A stretch of 64,000 nt of DNA, taken from Macrostomum lignano. Lineage: Eukaryota. The DNA is taken from the NCBI GenBank assembly GCA_002269645.1, contig NIVC01002559.1:97640-161639 (forward strand). Reading direction: 5' to 3'. Made by a program: the position numbers and the translations under genes. Under the pieces are notes generated by a model. It did not search any database. It saw nothing but the letters and a program-made list of their open reading frames with translations, and was not told where the DNA came from. Below are positions 1-12,400 of the stretch, one piece after another; the stretch's first letter is position 1; every line of letters begins with the position of its first letter.

Positions 1-491
1 TCAACCGCGCCACGCTGCTCTGCGGACAGAACGTCGCCAAATCCGAACGTTTGCTTCTCGAAACGGTTGAGAAAGGCTCTGTCCACGCGCTCCAGAGTGT
101 CCGCCCTCACGAGCACTACGCAGCGGAACTTGTCATCAACGGAGCAATTCTTGTTAGCTTGCGTTCCCATAGCAACGCGGCAGTAGCGACGCTGGTTATA
201 CTCGGAGTAGTTTTGGTTGAGCATGTCGTACAAACTGCCGTAGACGAGTTCAAAGTCCTTGAACAGCACAACAATGCCGTTCTCCATGCACATCATCACT
301 TCATGCAGTTTTCTCAGCGCGAACTGCTCGCTGAGCTGGTCCCTGTCGTATGCGCTGCCGTGAAGCACTCGGAACGGGCGCTCCTTCCGCTGAAGCACAT
401 GGGCCAGCAGGTCAAGATCCCGGTCAGTGTCCGTGATCAGCATCAAGTGCCGCGCGCTCTTGTCCTCTAGGCTCTCCATGAGCACCGATAC
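1..491 (-). CDS. RNF213: RNF213-like exon (AAA ring, continues off the window)
   Basis: Acceptor ctag|GTATCG at 492/491; reads VSVLMESLEDKSARHLMLITD...GSLYDMLNQNY...FLNRFEKQ. It has no ATG start, so the ORF track missed it. Confidence 0.88.
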
Positions 492-3400
492 CTAGGGGAC
501 GGTTAGTTAGCGAGTTACGAGCGTAGATCATGGATCACGTTAAGCTTCCGCACATCAGCCTTGACCTTCTACTAACCGTCAGGCATGTCAGGCTAACCTC
601 AAGCACGTGGAGGTTCGGTCCCGATTTCTCTACGCCAACCCCTTTTATTTGGAGCAAAATTGCGCCTGATATGCCGAAAACCCGGGGGGGGGAGGGAATG
701 GTTGTGAGGGAGTCTCACAGTCTCATTATGTCCTCCATCAAGGCAGGGTAACATAATGAGAGCTGGTGTGGGGGGTAACATAATCATCATTAATAGATAA
801 CATAATGGGGGCATAAAGTAACATTACTATCGCTCCTGCTCTTCATACAAACATATAAAAAGAGCGTTCTTCGTGGTCATCACGTCCCGTTAGCATTTGA
901 CGCTTCAAATGAAGGGATTGGCGTAGAGAAACCGGGACCGAATGTTTCGGGCTCCATTTTGACTCTTAAGTTCACATCCCCTTTAAGTGCACAAGCCCTA
1001 AATGAATGAGCTTGGCGCAAGAATAAGATGTGCAAGACCCATACAAAAATCCGTGATAATTGATTTGGGAAAACAAGAGAATTCAAATGCAAACCTTGTC
1101 TTGTTGACGAAGTGTTTCCTTGTAAGCATTTTCCAGTCCCTCGTAAGCGAAGTCAAAATGTTCGAGAAAGTACGGCTGCTCCAGACCGGAGAAGTTCCTC
1201 ACCAAGCCGCGACTGAGTATAGCCAACTTGTTCAACTGCATTCGAACATTTTCTTTAGCGAGAAACTTCACCAGGTAATAGTAGTCTCTGAGCCCGTGGA
1301 AATCCTCTTCTACTTGGCTGTCGAAGTATTCGTGACACGCTTGAGCAATTTTTTGCATATCTTCTTTGTCGATTCGACCGCCAACCTCGCCCTGACCGTC
1401 TTGCTTGTCCTGCTGCAGAACAATGGCACTGCCTGTGATGAGCAGCTCCTCGGTTGTCATATCCGGCCTGGAGATGTGCACAGCTCGGTTCATCTTGGCC
1501 GGGTCCAGGGCCCAGTTGGACAAGCCCAGTACGGCAACACGAGCTTTGCAGGTGAATTCCGACTCTTCAGGCTCTAGGAGGCTGTGCAGAACTTTGAGCG
1601 GGTTGTGACGCGACTTCTCCGCTAGACCGATCTCGTCTAGCAGGACTACATAGCTGCGAGGAGAGGGAGGTGAACCAGTGTAAGAATGCATCTCGGATGT
1701 ATTGTTAGGTCACAACTCATCATAAACCTCGTATGTAATGCCACTAGACCATCACTGATGATTGATTAAGCATCCCGGATTCAATACTAATTCGTCACTG
1801 ATCATTGATCAAACACTGATGCCATTCATCATGATTCAGTACTGAAGCATCCCGGATGTAATACTAGGCCATGGCCATCACTGATCATTGATCAATCACT
1901 GATGCCATTCACCAATAATCATAAATTAAGCATCCCGGATGCAATACTAAGCCGTCACTGATTAAGAATCCTGGATATAACACTATGCCATCATTAACAT
2001 CCATTCCGGACGTGATGCTCAATCATCTATCATTCCGGACGTGATACTAGACCATCGTGCCTACCAGATGTAATGGCATCTTCATCCTTCAAATTGTGTT
2101 TTTAATGAAGTTAGTTTTTAAAGGAAAGGAAGTTTTCAAACGGGTTTTTTAGTTAGAGGTAGGGGCTGTGTGCACCCTGGCGCACTTCAAGCGACATTGT
2201 CACACAGCCGGCGAGAGGCATCACTGCCCGTTCCGCCGACTCCCCTGAGCAGCGCACACAAGCGCAAGGATACGTACGCAGACATACGCACAGGCACACA
2301 GTCACAAAGGAGTGTACAGCGGCGGTGTTTATTGCACGAGCAGACCCAAGCCGAGATTCCAATTTAGCCCCAAATTAATGTGTCTGCATTTTGAATGCAT
2401 AATCGAGACTGGACGAATGGCGCATACATCGGTGGCTAGACCGCTAAGCTACGCCCCATCAAAGAACAGAGAGAGCTAAGCAGTACACGTATGTCAAGGG
2501 AATTTACCGATACTCATCCTTTTCCGCATCCTCATCAGCTTTCTTCGTGGCTCTGCGGAACACTTTGAAGATGCCCTCCGAAGTGGACGCCTCGGAGCCC
2601 TGGTAGCAGAAAAACCTCAGGGCTGGCAGAGCTTTGAAGAACGGATCGCGTGAGTCCCGACCTCGCAAATTGCTTCTGAGCAGAGAGACGGCCAGACTCT
2701 TGGAGCAGCCAGGCTTGCCAACTAGGAACACCGGAACTTTGTTGTAAACGCAGCACAGCAGGATAAACACGTTCTCTAGCAGGGCCGCGTTTTGAGCCAC
2801 ATTTTCCGGCAGCTCCATTCGATTGAGAATGTCTTCCTGCTCCTCGCGTATTGTTTTCTGTATTGACACAGCAGATTATGTACATGTACGCGTGTAATTA
2901 GCCATAAATCTACATGCACCAGTGCTCACTGACAACTCGGGTACCAAAAAGGGCATTTACATGGTTATGTAAATTTAGGAGAAGCTAACTGTACCAGATG
3001 GGGTCAGAAACGTATAAAAGCTGATAATCAAGCTTACCTCAGCATTGTCAGACAGGAGAGACAAAATTTCGCAAGCGTATTCGGTTCGCTTGTCTGCAGA
3101 CCGGATGCGCACATAGTAGCACACGTACAAAGACATGACCAGAGGCAGAGTCGATAAACTTCGATATACATCGCTTTTCTCATGCCTCAGTTCGTAGAAC
3201 CAATCGAAGAAGGCGATGAACTCGCAGCATCGGCGAACATCTCGCAAGCTGATTGCGTACTCAGTTTTCTCCAGCTTTCGAATGAATTTCTGGGACTTCC
3301 ACACCGCATCGGCTAGCGCGTTCAGCAGAACCGACTCCATCTCCGGCAGCTGGTCTCGCAGCATCCGCTTGATGTACTGCTCCTCATCGGTGTCCCGCAG

Positions 3401-6400
3401 CCGGCCAAAGTCCCACACCAGGTCCAGAATGGACTCGGGCAGCGGGTTGACCCGGTACACCAGGTGGCGCATGCGGTCATGCTCGCGTTCGGCTAAGCGG
3501 AAGCCGGCAGTCAGAGCGGCATCCGGGTCTCTCAGCCTGTAGGGATTCGAAGCGGCCAAGAATCGCAGGTTGGGCGGCAGCGGAGCACCTAGTAGTCGCC
3601 TGTGACATATGAGCTCCTTCAGCATGCCCAGGTGATCGCAGGTGTTAATCTCGTCGAGAAACAGCCAAACAGTTTTTGTGTCGCGGATCTTATCGCTTGT
3701 TTTGCGTTTAATAATCAGTTCCCTGGCCTCCTCGGCGGCAGACTGGGCAGTATGGATAATTTGCTCCTGCGTGGTGCCCGCGTGGAAGTTCAGCACGCGG
3801 AGGCTGGCCTCGTGTACCTGAGTTAAGTAGAAAGATATTTGCGTAAAGCAGGGGTCGGCGAACCCCGGCCCGTGGGCCACATGCGACCCGCGAAGCCTCT
3901 CTATCCGGCCCTCGGGTCCTTTGAAACTTATAATAGCGATCAGGCCCGCTCAAAGTGTGTGTCACGTCAGTTCTCTCGGATCACCTATCCTCTCTCCTTT
4001 CTTTCCTCCCTACTCTCATCGCTCCCCTCTCCCTCCTCTCCTCTCTCCTTTCTTCTCCTTTCTTCTCCCTTCTCTCCTCTCTTCCCTCTCTCTCCTCCTC
4101 TCTCCTTTCTTTCTCTCCCTTCTCTCCTCTTTTCCCTTTCTCCCTCTCTCCTTTCTTTCTCTCCCTTCTCTCCTCTCTTCCATCTCCTCTCTCCTTTCTC
4201 TCATCTCTTCTCTCCTCTCTTCTCTCCTCTTCCCTCTCCCCTCTCCTCTCCCTCTCTCCTCTCTCCCTTCTTCTCTCTCTTCTCTCAAATTTATTCCTTC
4301 TCCTTTCCACTCTCATTTTTCCCGCAACAACGAGCTGGATTTTTTTCTGGCCCTTGAGGAAGAAATGAAAAAACAGACAACTATGACTAAATATAGATTC
4401 TGTAACCGCCATAAAATCCCACAGCTGATTAGCAAGCGTTACAGCATTGCATATAAATCATACTGGCTTACTTTGCTCAAGAATCTGATCAGGCTAGTCT
4501 TTCCGCATCCGGTCTCTCCGATGATGAGCACCGGCACGTCGCAGTCGATTCGCAGGCTGATCAGCACCATCTTGAGAAAGTTGTCAGCCGTGATGGCGTA
4601 TCTTCCGCTGCCGCCGCTTGGCTCGTCGTCCTCATCAAATTGCACTCCAGGCGGCCGGTAGCCAGGGTTTCCGCGGCCAGCGATGCGTACCAGCTTCTCC
4701 AGCAGCTTGGCCTGCTTCATCTCAGTGTAGTCAACCAGCCGGCCGCTGTGCATGTTTCGCTCGAATAGTCGCCGGATTTCGTCAGGTACATCGCGGAGAC
4801 TGCGGTAGACCAATTCGACAGCGGCAATGTCCTGCTTCTGAAACACGGGCGCCAGGTGGTTAAACGATTCCCAGCTGAGGAAGCCCTCGAATCGTTCAAC
4901 GGAATCATCCGTGACCTTGGCGTGCACGCCGCGCTTCGACTCTGATTGCTTGCCTTTGGAAAGAGCAACAGATCGGCTCATGAGCTGACAAATGGACTTA
5001 AACAGAAACCGAACTAAGTCGGATCGAATTGTTGGCGAAGCATCGCGACCGAACGCTTCTCTGACGCCGGAGATTTTGAAAAACGCGCTCGAAGACAGCT
5101 TCTTCAATTGGTCAGCTAGAACACGAATCGTGGACGTAACAGTCAGGTAGGAATGACCTTCGAGCGGAGCCAGAGCTTTCTGCAGCCTAGAGCGACACTC
5201 GTCAGCTTCCAGTACGCTTTCTAACGAAACTTCAACCGAATCTAAATTTCGCAAATCCAAAGCTCGCTGATACTTAGCAACTATCTGCACCGGACTTTTT
5301 GGCTCGCGTGATACCATCAGGTCGTTAAGACATCGCCACTGAAGTATCGTCACATTCTGTTCAGAGAGGCGGTTAAACAAAACGAACTGTTCCGCAAGCT
5401 CGTCATTGGCACTGTTTGCCAGCTCAATGACAACTCGGCCAGGTTTGAACGCCAGCAGATAGCTGGAGTGGCACAGCATCCCGGTGAGCAGCGCCTCAAA
5501 CAGCATGGTTTCTAGAGCGCCTGCGTCATCGATCCAACCAACATCCAGATGTAGGAGGTCACGCTGCTCTAGGCCGCTTAATTTCTCCGCTAAATCGAGC
5601 TTGCCGATCTTGCCGCTGACGTGAACGCAGCGCAGGCGGCTCTCAGTGTCAGCGGCCAGCCTGCGCACCAGCTCGGTCTTGCCGCATCCAGCCCGCTCAG
5701 ACCGGACAAGTGTCACAGAGTCGCCGCAGATCGCGTCCAGGGCTGCGGAAAGTTGCAAGTCCGAGTCAAAAACGGGCTGCTGTTGCTGGCATTGGTCTCT
5801 GAAGATTCCAAGTAGACGATGTGTGCTAGCAGCTCTGCAGAATACTGCTAGACGGCCTAGGTTGCCTGCATCGCAGAGGCCTAGAATGCTAGCAGCCAGG
5901 TGGTTGAGCAGCCGCTGACTGAGCAGTTCGGTGCAAAGAATGTAGTGCACTCGGCTGGGGCTGCTAGCGCTTCGCTGAAGCAGCAGTGAAATCTCCTCCT
6001 CGGCGGTGTCAGCAGAGCAAAACAGAATCTCCGACGGTAACGGTGAATGAGTCTGTAAAGGCGAAAAAAGAATAACTGGGTTTTCAAAATTCGGAAAGCC
6101 CCGGCGAAAACGGTACCTAAGTCAAGAAGCGTCCCAGAGTCACGTGCGTCACCCCAGAGTCGTTGCAGGCAACATAGGCAAAGTAGAAAAGAAGTGACTC
6201 TAGAAGACCCTAATATGACAAGATATCACAGTACAAGTCGCCAAAAAAGTTGTCAAAAAGTCACTTAAGAGTCAATTTGAGGCGTTATATTGTTTGCGAC
6301 TCTGAAACGATTCTGGGACGACGCAAGTAACTCTGGGGCGCTTCTAGGCACTTCTGAGGCATTCTAGAGTCGTTGTAGAATCAATGAATTGCGTCTAAAG

Positions 6401-9400
6401 CGCATCTGCGTCATTAACATTGCATTTCGTTTTTACGAGTATAACTATTGAGGCTACTTGAGTCAGTAGAAATTTGAGAGCTGTAACACATTTGGAGATA
6501 CTTTCATGACTCTTACGACTTTACATCCTTTGTGATGGACTCGTAACTCAACAGTCAACTTTCCTTCGCATTACGGTCGTTTGAGTCTTTAAAAAGCCAC
6601 AAAACTCGCCCAGAGTCACTAGTGAGCTGTTTGCAATGACTAGCGATTCCTGTCACGATAAGTTTTTCAACGGGAGCTTGAGCTAACGTCCTAATGCAAA
6701 TTTGCCAACTCACCTGAGACTGCCGCCACACAGTAAGGAACGCTCTAATAGAGTGCGGCTCTTTGCTGGGATCAACGCGTAAAACCATCAATCGGCCTCG
6801 TTGAACACACAGTGGCGATTCGGGGAGCTGTTGAGCGCAATCGAGTTGGCGGTCGGGAAGGGCAGGCAATTGAGACAGCCAATCAGCGAGCGCTATCATA
6901 TGTTCCCGTAGGATATCTTTCTGCCCTGTTGGGCCTAATTTTCTCACTTTGTCGACGTTGAATCCGAGGTGCGGCATATTGCCATACTGCTGCAGCCTTT
7001 GTGCATCTCGGTTAACAAATAAAAGTATTGGCCGTATATGTTGATCTGGCACATTGGTTTCGGTTAGAAAGTGGTGCATTCTGAGCAGGTTTGCGCCGAA
7101 TAAGTGGTTTAATAGAGGCCTTTTCTGTCTTGCCTCGCTTAGGACAGATTCCCATATTTCTAAATTACGGCGAAACTTTGCCTCTCGATCTGCCAGTTTT
7201 TTAGCCGAGCGTTTTTTGTCGGCTTCGAAGTGAAGTGGATGACCGACTGATTGCAGTTTCGTATGCAATTGGAACACCTGGGAAGAAAAGTGCAGGTTTT
7301 TCCTCTTAAATTTTACATAAATAGGTAATCCTGGTAAATTAAAATTATAAAAACTTACCCTTTCAAGAGAGTCGATCAGGTCGACAAATATTTTTAACTT
7401 CCTCCGATCATCGTCAGTGACGAGAGAGTACGAAGAGCCTACGATCATTAACACGCGGCATCGATGGTCAATCAGCTTTGACAGTGGCCAATGTTCGTCA
7501 CATGTAGCATCGAATAACTCGCAAGTAGATTTAGACTCACAAATTCCAATTGAAAACATAAGATCATCTTCATCCATGCACTCAACCAAAGCTAGAGCTT
7601 GTTTTCTTGAAGAGTCACCTCGAGAGGACAAACTATCGTGCAGATTCTGAATAGCTACAAGATGACTAAAGCAAGTCTCAATACATTCCACGGCATCCTT
7701 AGCTCGGGCGTCGGAGACAGTCTGATCCGAGCCCTCGAGGCCAATGTTAAGAGCCATTGCCAGTTCTTCCATGCTTGTCTTCATTCCCAACATGCCTTCT
7801 CCTGAATTGATCTTGTGAATTAGCATTCGGAGCATTTCCTGCAGCTTGATGAGGGCATTGATGTGAGCAAAGCTCACCTCTTCTGAATCTTCGTCATTGG
7901 CGGCGTCGAACAACTGCTGAAAGTCTGAGTTAACCTGAGCTATCAAGAATTTGAATACATTAGTTCGCTCACAAAGATTTGTTAGGATGTTCCAGTGATT
8001 TTTTGACAGTGGCTTGCACAGCTTTACTAAAACTTTTGCGGCCTCATTGAAATCTGTTACAAAGCTTCCGCCTCGACATTTCCTAAAATATTTCTCACAA
8101 ACAGCTAGCACGGAGGGCTCAAACAAATGTTGCAGTGGTGACTGCAAGAGCAGCTGGCAGTAGTGCTTCCATGTCTTTCGGTACTTCAAATTTTCAACCA
8201 GCTCCTTGTCTGATAAAGCTGGTGACTGATAACCGAGAAACTGCTGAGCCAAATCTTGCTCCAATTCAATGTCTGTCTTTGGAGAAAACTTTTTCTTGAC
8301 ATCCGCAACGTTTTCATGCTTTAAACTTCGTTGTAGAAACTGTTTGTAGCGATCAATAACATCCCTGAGAACATCAAATACTTCGGCAACAGTATAGGCC
8401 CCCTGGTCCAGTGAGTAAATCTCAGTGAATATGGTGGATTCAAGAAGGCCGCTCAGATCACGAGCAGTTTTGGCGTACCCTTGAAATACTTTCCCTAGAA
8501 AGTTCGTTGCCTTCATCAGCGAAATTTTGTCTTCAACTTCCGCTGACGTTTTCTTAAACCTTGCCTGGTAATCTGAAATGTCATTCAAATAAACTCGAGT
8601 CGAAAGCCACTCGAGTATTTTCGTGCCAATTTGAACGTCGCCTTTGTAACTGGCCAGAGTTTGTTCCATTTTAGAAACAAGGCTTCGTGTTGGCTCACTA
8701 GTTGGCAGTCGACAAGCACGAAGAAACTGGTCCACTTGGTTCCAATACTCATCGCTAGTAAATTTTTTTCGAAGGACTTCAAATTGAGATACTGTGAGCT
8801 CCATGGCTTCCAACTTCTTCACCCAGTCTGTTATTGACTGCATAGCATCGCTTCTAATGACGCCACGGATTTCTTCAGTAAGTTGGTCTTCAGATTCAAG
8901 CCAGCACCATGCCTTAGGGAACTTTAGAATTGTCAAAATCCTGTCCTCTGGTTGATTTGACTGTTTAGGCGCACGCTTCGTAACTAAGTGGAGAAACAGC
9001 TGCTGTTGTAGGTCTTTCGCAGTCCTAAAATATTTAGGTGAGAGTAGAGTTTAAAAAATCAATATTTATGGGGTTGCGCTTTAAAGCAAAAACAGAGGAC
9101 AAATTAGCAACGCAAAATTAATTTACCTGTCAGAACGCAGACTTTTGCACAGCATGAGGTCAACTCTCAGTAGAAAATCGTCTACTTGTCCACTTGGATT
9201 CGCATGCTGCTGTTGCAAGTGATGCAAGCAGCTCCGGTACAGAGCAACACACTGTTCATAGATATCGGATTCTATCGACAAATTCTGCAGATCATTCCAA
9301 ATTGGTTCTAGAAACTCCTTTGTTAGTGAGCCCTGATTGAGAGCATACCGACCAAATGCTTCTAGCCACAGCTGCTTTAGTGCGCTTCTTTCAGACACTT

Positions 9401-12400
9401 CGTCAATTTGCCGCTGCAAAGTCGCAATAATGCTACTGCCTGATTCCTTGTTGTGTCGTCGCTTTAGATCCAGTAGCATCAAAGCTTTGCAGAAAACCGG
9501 GACAAGAGCTTCATTCTGAGGCAACTGTAGAGCCAGTTCAATCGCTTTTAGCTTATTCAGACGCTCTGCTAAAAATGTCTTTAGTTTAGGAGACTGCTTT
9601 AATTCAAATACACCGCTGACAACAGCAATAGCCTCGTCTGGACTCGAAATGAATCTGCATTCGTTGAGAAATCTTTCTACCGAATTTTGAAACTCTTCGC
9701 TGGCCTGCATTGGGGAATCAACCGTAAGAGTTTTCATGCAAGCATTTTTGACGGCCTCAAATGCCTTAGCTCTCATTTCGTCAGGCATTTCGCACGCATC
9801 CATCAAGTCACTAAGCTGCTGCCAATCACGAACACCAAGTCGCAGGTGGTTGTCACGTCCCGCCTCCTCGAGAATCAACGCTAGTGCTTTCTCTCGAATC
9901 TTTGATTCGAGCTCCGATTTGACAGGCGATTCTTGGATTTGAGACACTGCTGCAAGTACACCACCCACATCCTTTAATCGCTTAATTTCCGGTAAGAGCT
10001 TGCTGGAATCCAATTCTTTGCCAGCCTTCAAATATATGCTGATTTTGTACGGCAGTGCCATAGCATCCATAGCTTTCTGGTTAGTAAAAATAGCATCGAA
10101 GATTGCAGATTTTTCAGGAAAGCGGTCCAAAAAATTGTGGATCACTTGGTAGCTTGAACGAAAGGAGAAATCCTTCAAGTTGGTGAGCAATGCAACGAAA
10201 CCAGACGGATTTTCGCTGACAGCTTGCGTCATAGTGTTAACCAGTTTTGAATCAGCAACACTTAAGGCCTTAAGAAGGACGGGTGTAAATGGCAGTGCCT
10301 TTCGGCCATAATTCTTTAGCTGCTCTTTTGCGATCTCGTTAGCTTTCAGTAGCATGCAGATGTAAAGCACGCAAGCTGACTCACGGAGCATCGGTAGATA
10401 GCCGCTTAGGAAGCCATTTATGTGCTCGTTAAGACAATGCGTGAGCATATCGGCTGAAGCGGCAATGTTGTCTGCCTTTTTTCTACTCGAAAAGCCCTTC
10501 GCAGTTTCATCAATCAGTTTTTCTAAGAACATCAAGCATGAATTTATGTCCACGAGTGCAAAGTCGCTACTCAAGTTTAGCGCGCATGCCGTCAGATGGT
10601 TAGCAAAAAAACTCCAGAAGACGTAAGAGTTCGGTAAAAATTGATGACAGTAGCCAAAGCAAATGAACTGCAAGGACGGTTCAGGTTTCATTGAAACAAA
10701 CCGTGATTTCTCTTGAATTTCTGTACCTTCTCTGTGTTCCTTAACTATAAGAAAGCCGTTTTTAAAGCATCTTTGAAATTCTAAAACGAAGAGGCTAGAC
10801 TGAAATATTGGCTGATTAAACTGGTTGTATGGCAGCCACAGTCGAATTTTCAGCTCAAAACCTTTGATAGAATTATCGGTGTAGAAGCAAATTATCACCG
10901 AGCGCACAAAAGTTTCTATATCAATTGAAAAGTATCTTTCCGGTAGTAGATTCGCTCCAACCCAAAGTTGGCCATTTATGCCCTGCAGCATAGCGTACTC
11001 ATGCTCTAATGGCTTTTGCTTCTGAGAAAGATTAAAAAACTGGGCAAGCTGAATGCTGAAAACTTGTTTCGTCTGAAAAGGAAAACATCGGATAGAAAAT
11101 ATGTAGCAATGGAATTATGCACTCAATGTGAAATCTTTTTTTACTTAATTTGGCTTAAAGAAGAAATAAATATTCTCTGATATCGTATCTGTCAACGAAA
11201 ATTACACTATGGTGAACTTTAGTTAGTTTAGTCTTTTTAGTGTGGTGCTGGGAGTGCTGAGCTCTAGGCACTGCAGTGGCTAACTAACTTACTGATATTA
11301 TGTACGTGTAGCGGCAACAGGCATTCTTTTTGCCCTGTCTGCCCGTACCCTTCCATGTAAGTAGTAGTTGTCATCACGTAACCTTTTTTGTAATTATATC
11401 AGCCCCCTGCTCATTTTATCATTAAAAAACTATTAGCAAGATAAAATACATCTAAGAATTTTTATCAACTGCGCTCGTATACGGTACGATATTATTCTAA
11501 TTTAGCTCATTTTTAGAGCCATTGGCTATGTAATCGTAATGTATAGAAATTCAAAACTAGACTATTTACTCGCAATAACCGAAATACAAAACGAAAGAAA
11601 TTAGCTGAATTGCAAAAATCAATCCAAATAACTTACATAGCCTGCTTGCGCTTCAACGGGCAATTGCTCATATTCTTCGATCCAGAGGACCTAAAAGTGA
11701 GAATTTAGTATTATTCAAGCATCTTTAAAAAGATTCAAAGATTTTGTTAAACTTTTGTTAAACCATAAAGTCACTCTGTACACTGTCTAGACCTTAGGAA
11801 TGATATTCATAATAAAGTCCTAAGTTAGGTCTACATATAACGGGCTCTTATTGCGATATAGTTTTCGATTGCGCGATTTAGTCCAGCAAATTATCTTTTC
11901 TACATCAACTTTTCTGTCTTTTGACCTTTCCGTTGAAAAATATGCAACTAAACAATTCTGGGTATTGGTTGCAAAACCAAAAGCGCGAGTCTTTTTTCAT
12001 AAAACTATATAATTTACCTTTCTGCTACTTGTCTGCGGTGAAAAAGGCTGATTTCGCTGATTCGGAGTCCCTGTCTGGACTGGCTGATTCAGAGTCCCTG
12101 TCTGGACTGGCTGATTGACTGGCTGATTCAGAGTCCCTGTCTGGACTGGCTGATTTGGAGTCCCTGTCTGGACTGGCTGATTTGGAGTCCCTGTCTGGAC
12201 TGGCTGATTTGGAGTCCCTGTCTGGACTGGCTGATTTGGAGTCCCTGTCTGGACTGGCTGATTTGGAGTCCCTGTCTGGACTGGCTGATTTGGAGTCCCT
12301 GTCTGGACTGGCTGATTTGGAGTCCCTGTCTGGACTGGCTGATTTGGAGTCCCTGTCTGGACTGGCTGATTTGGAGTCCCTGTCTGGACTGGCTGATTCG

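Noticed and set aside
51-470. 139-aa plus-strand ORF
   Set aside because: It is antisense to an RNF213-like exon.
2405-2457. Minus-strand GGGGCGTAGCTTAGCGG tRNA-like start in an intron
   Set aside because: The A box is plausible but there is no convincing B box or cloverleaf; at most a decayed SINE head.
3839-4661. Several S/L/F- or R/E-rich ORFs
   Set aside because: These are translations of the intronic CT-rich tract.
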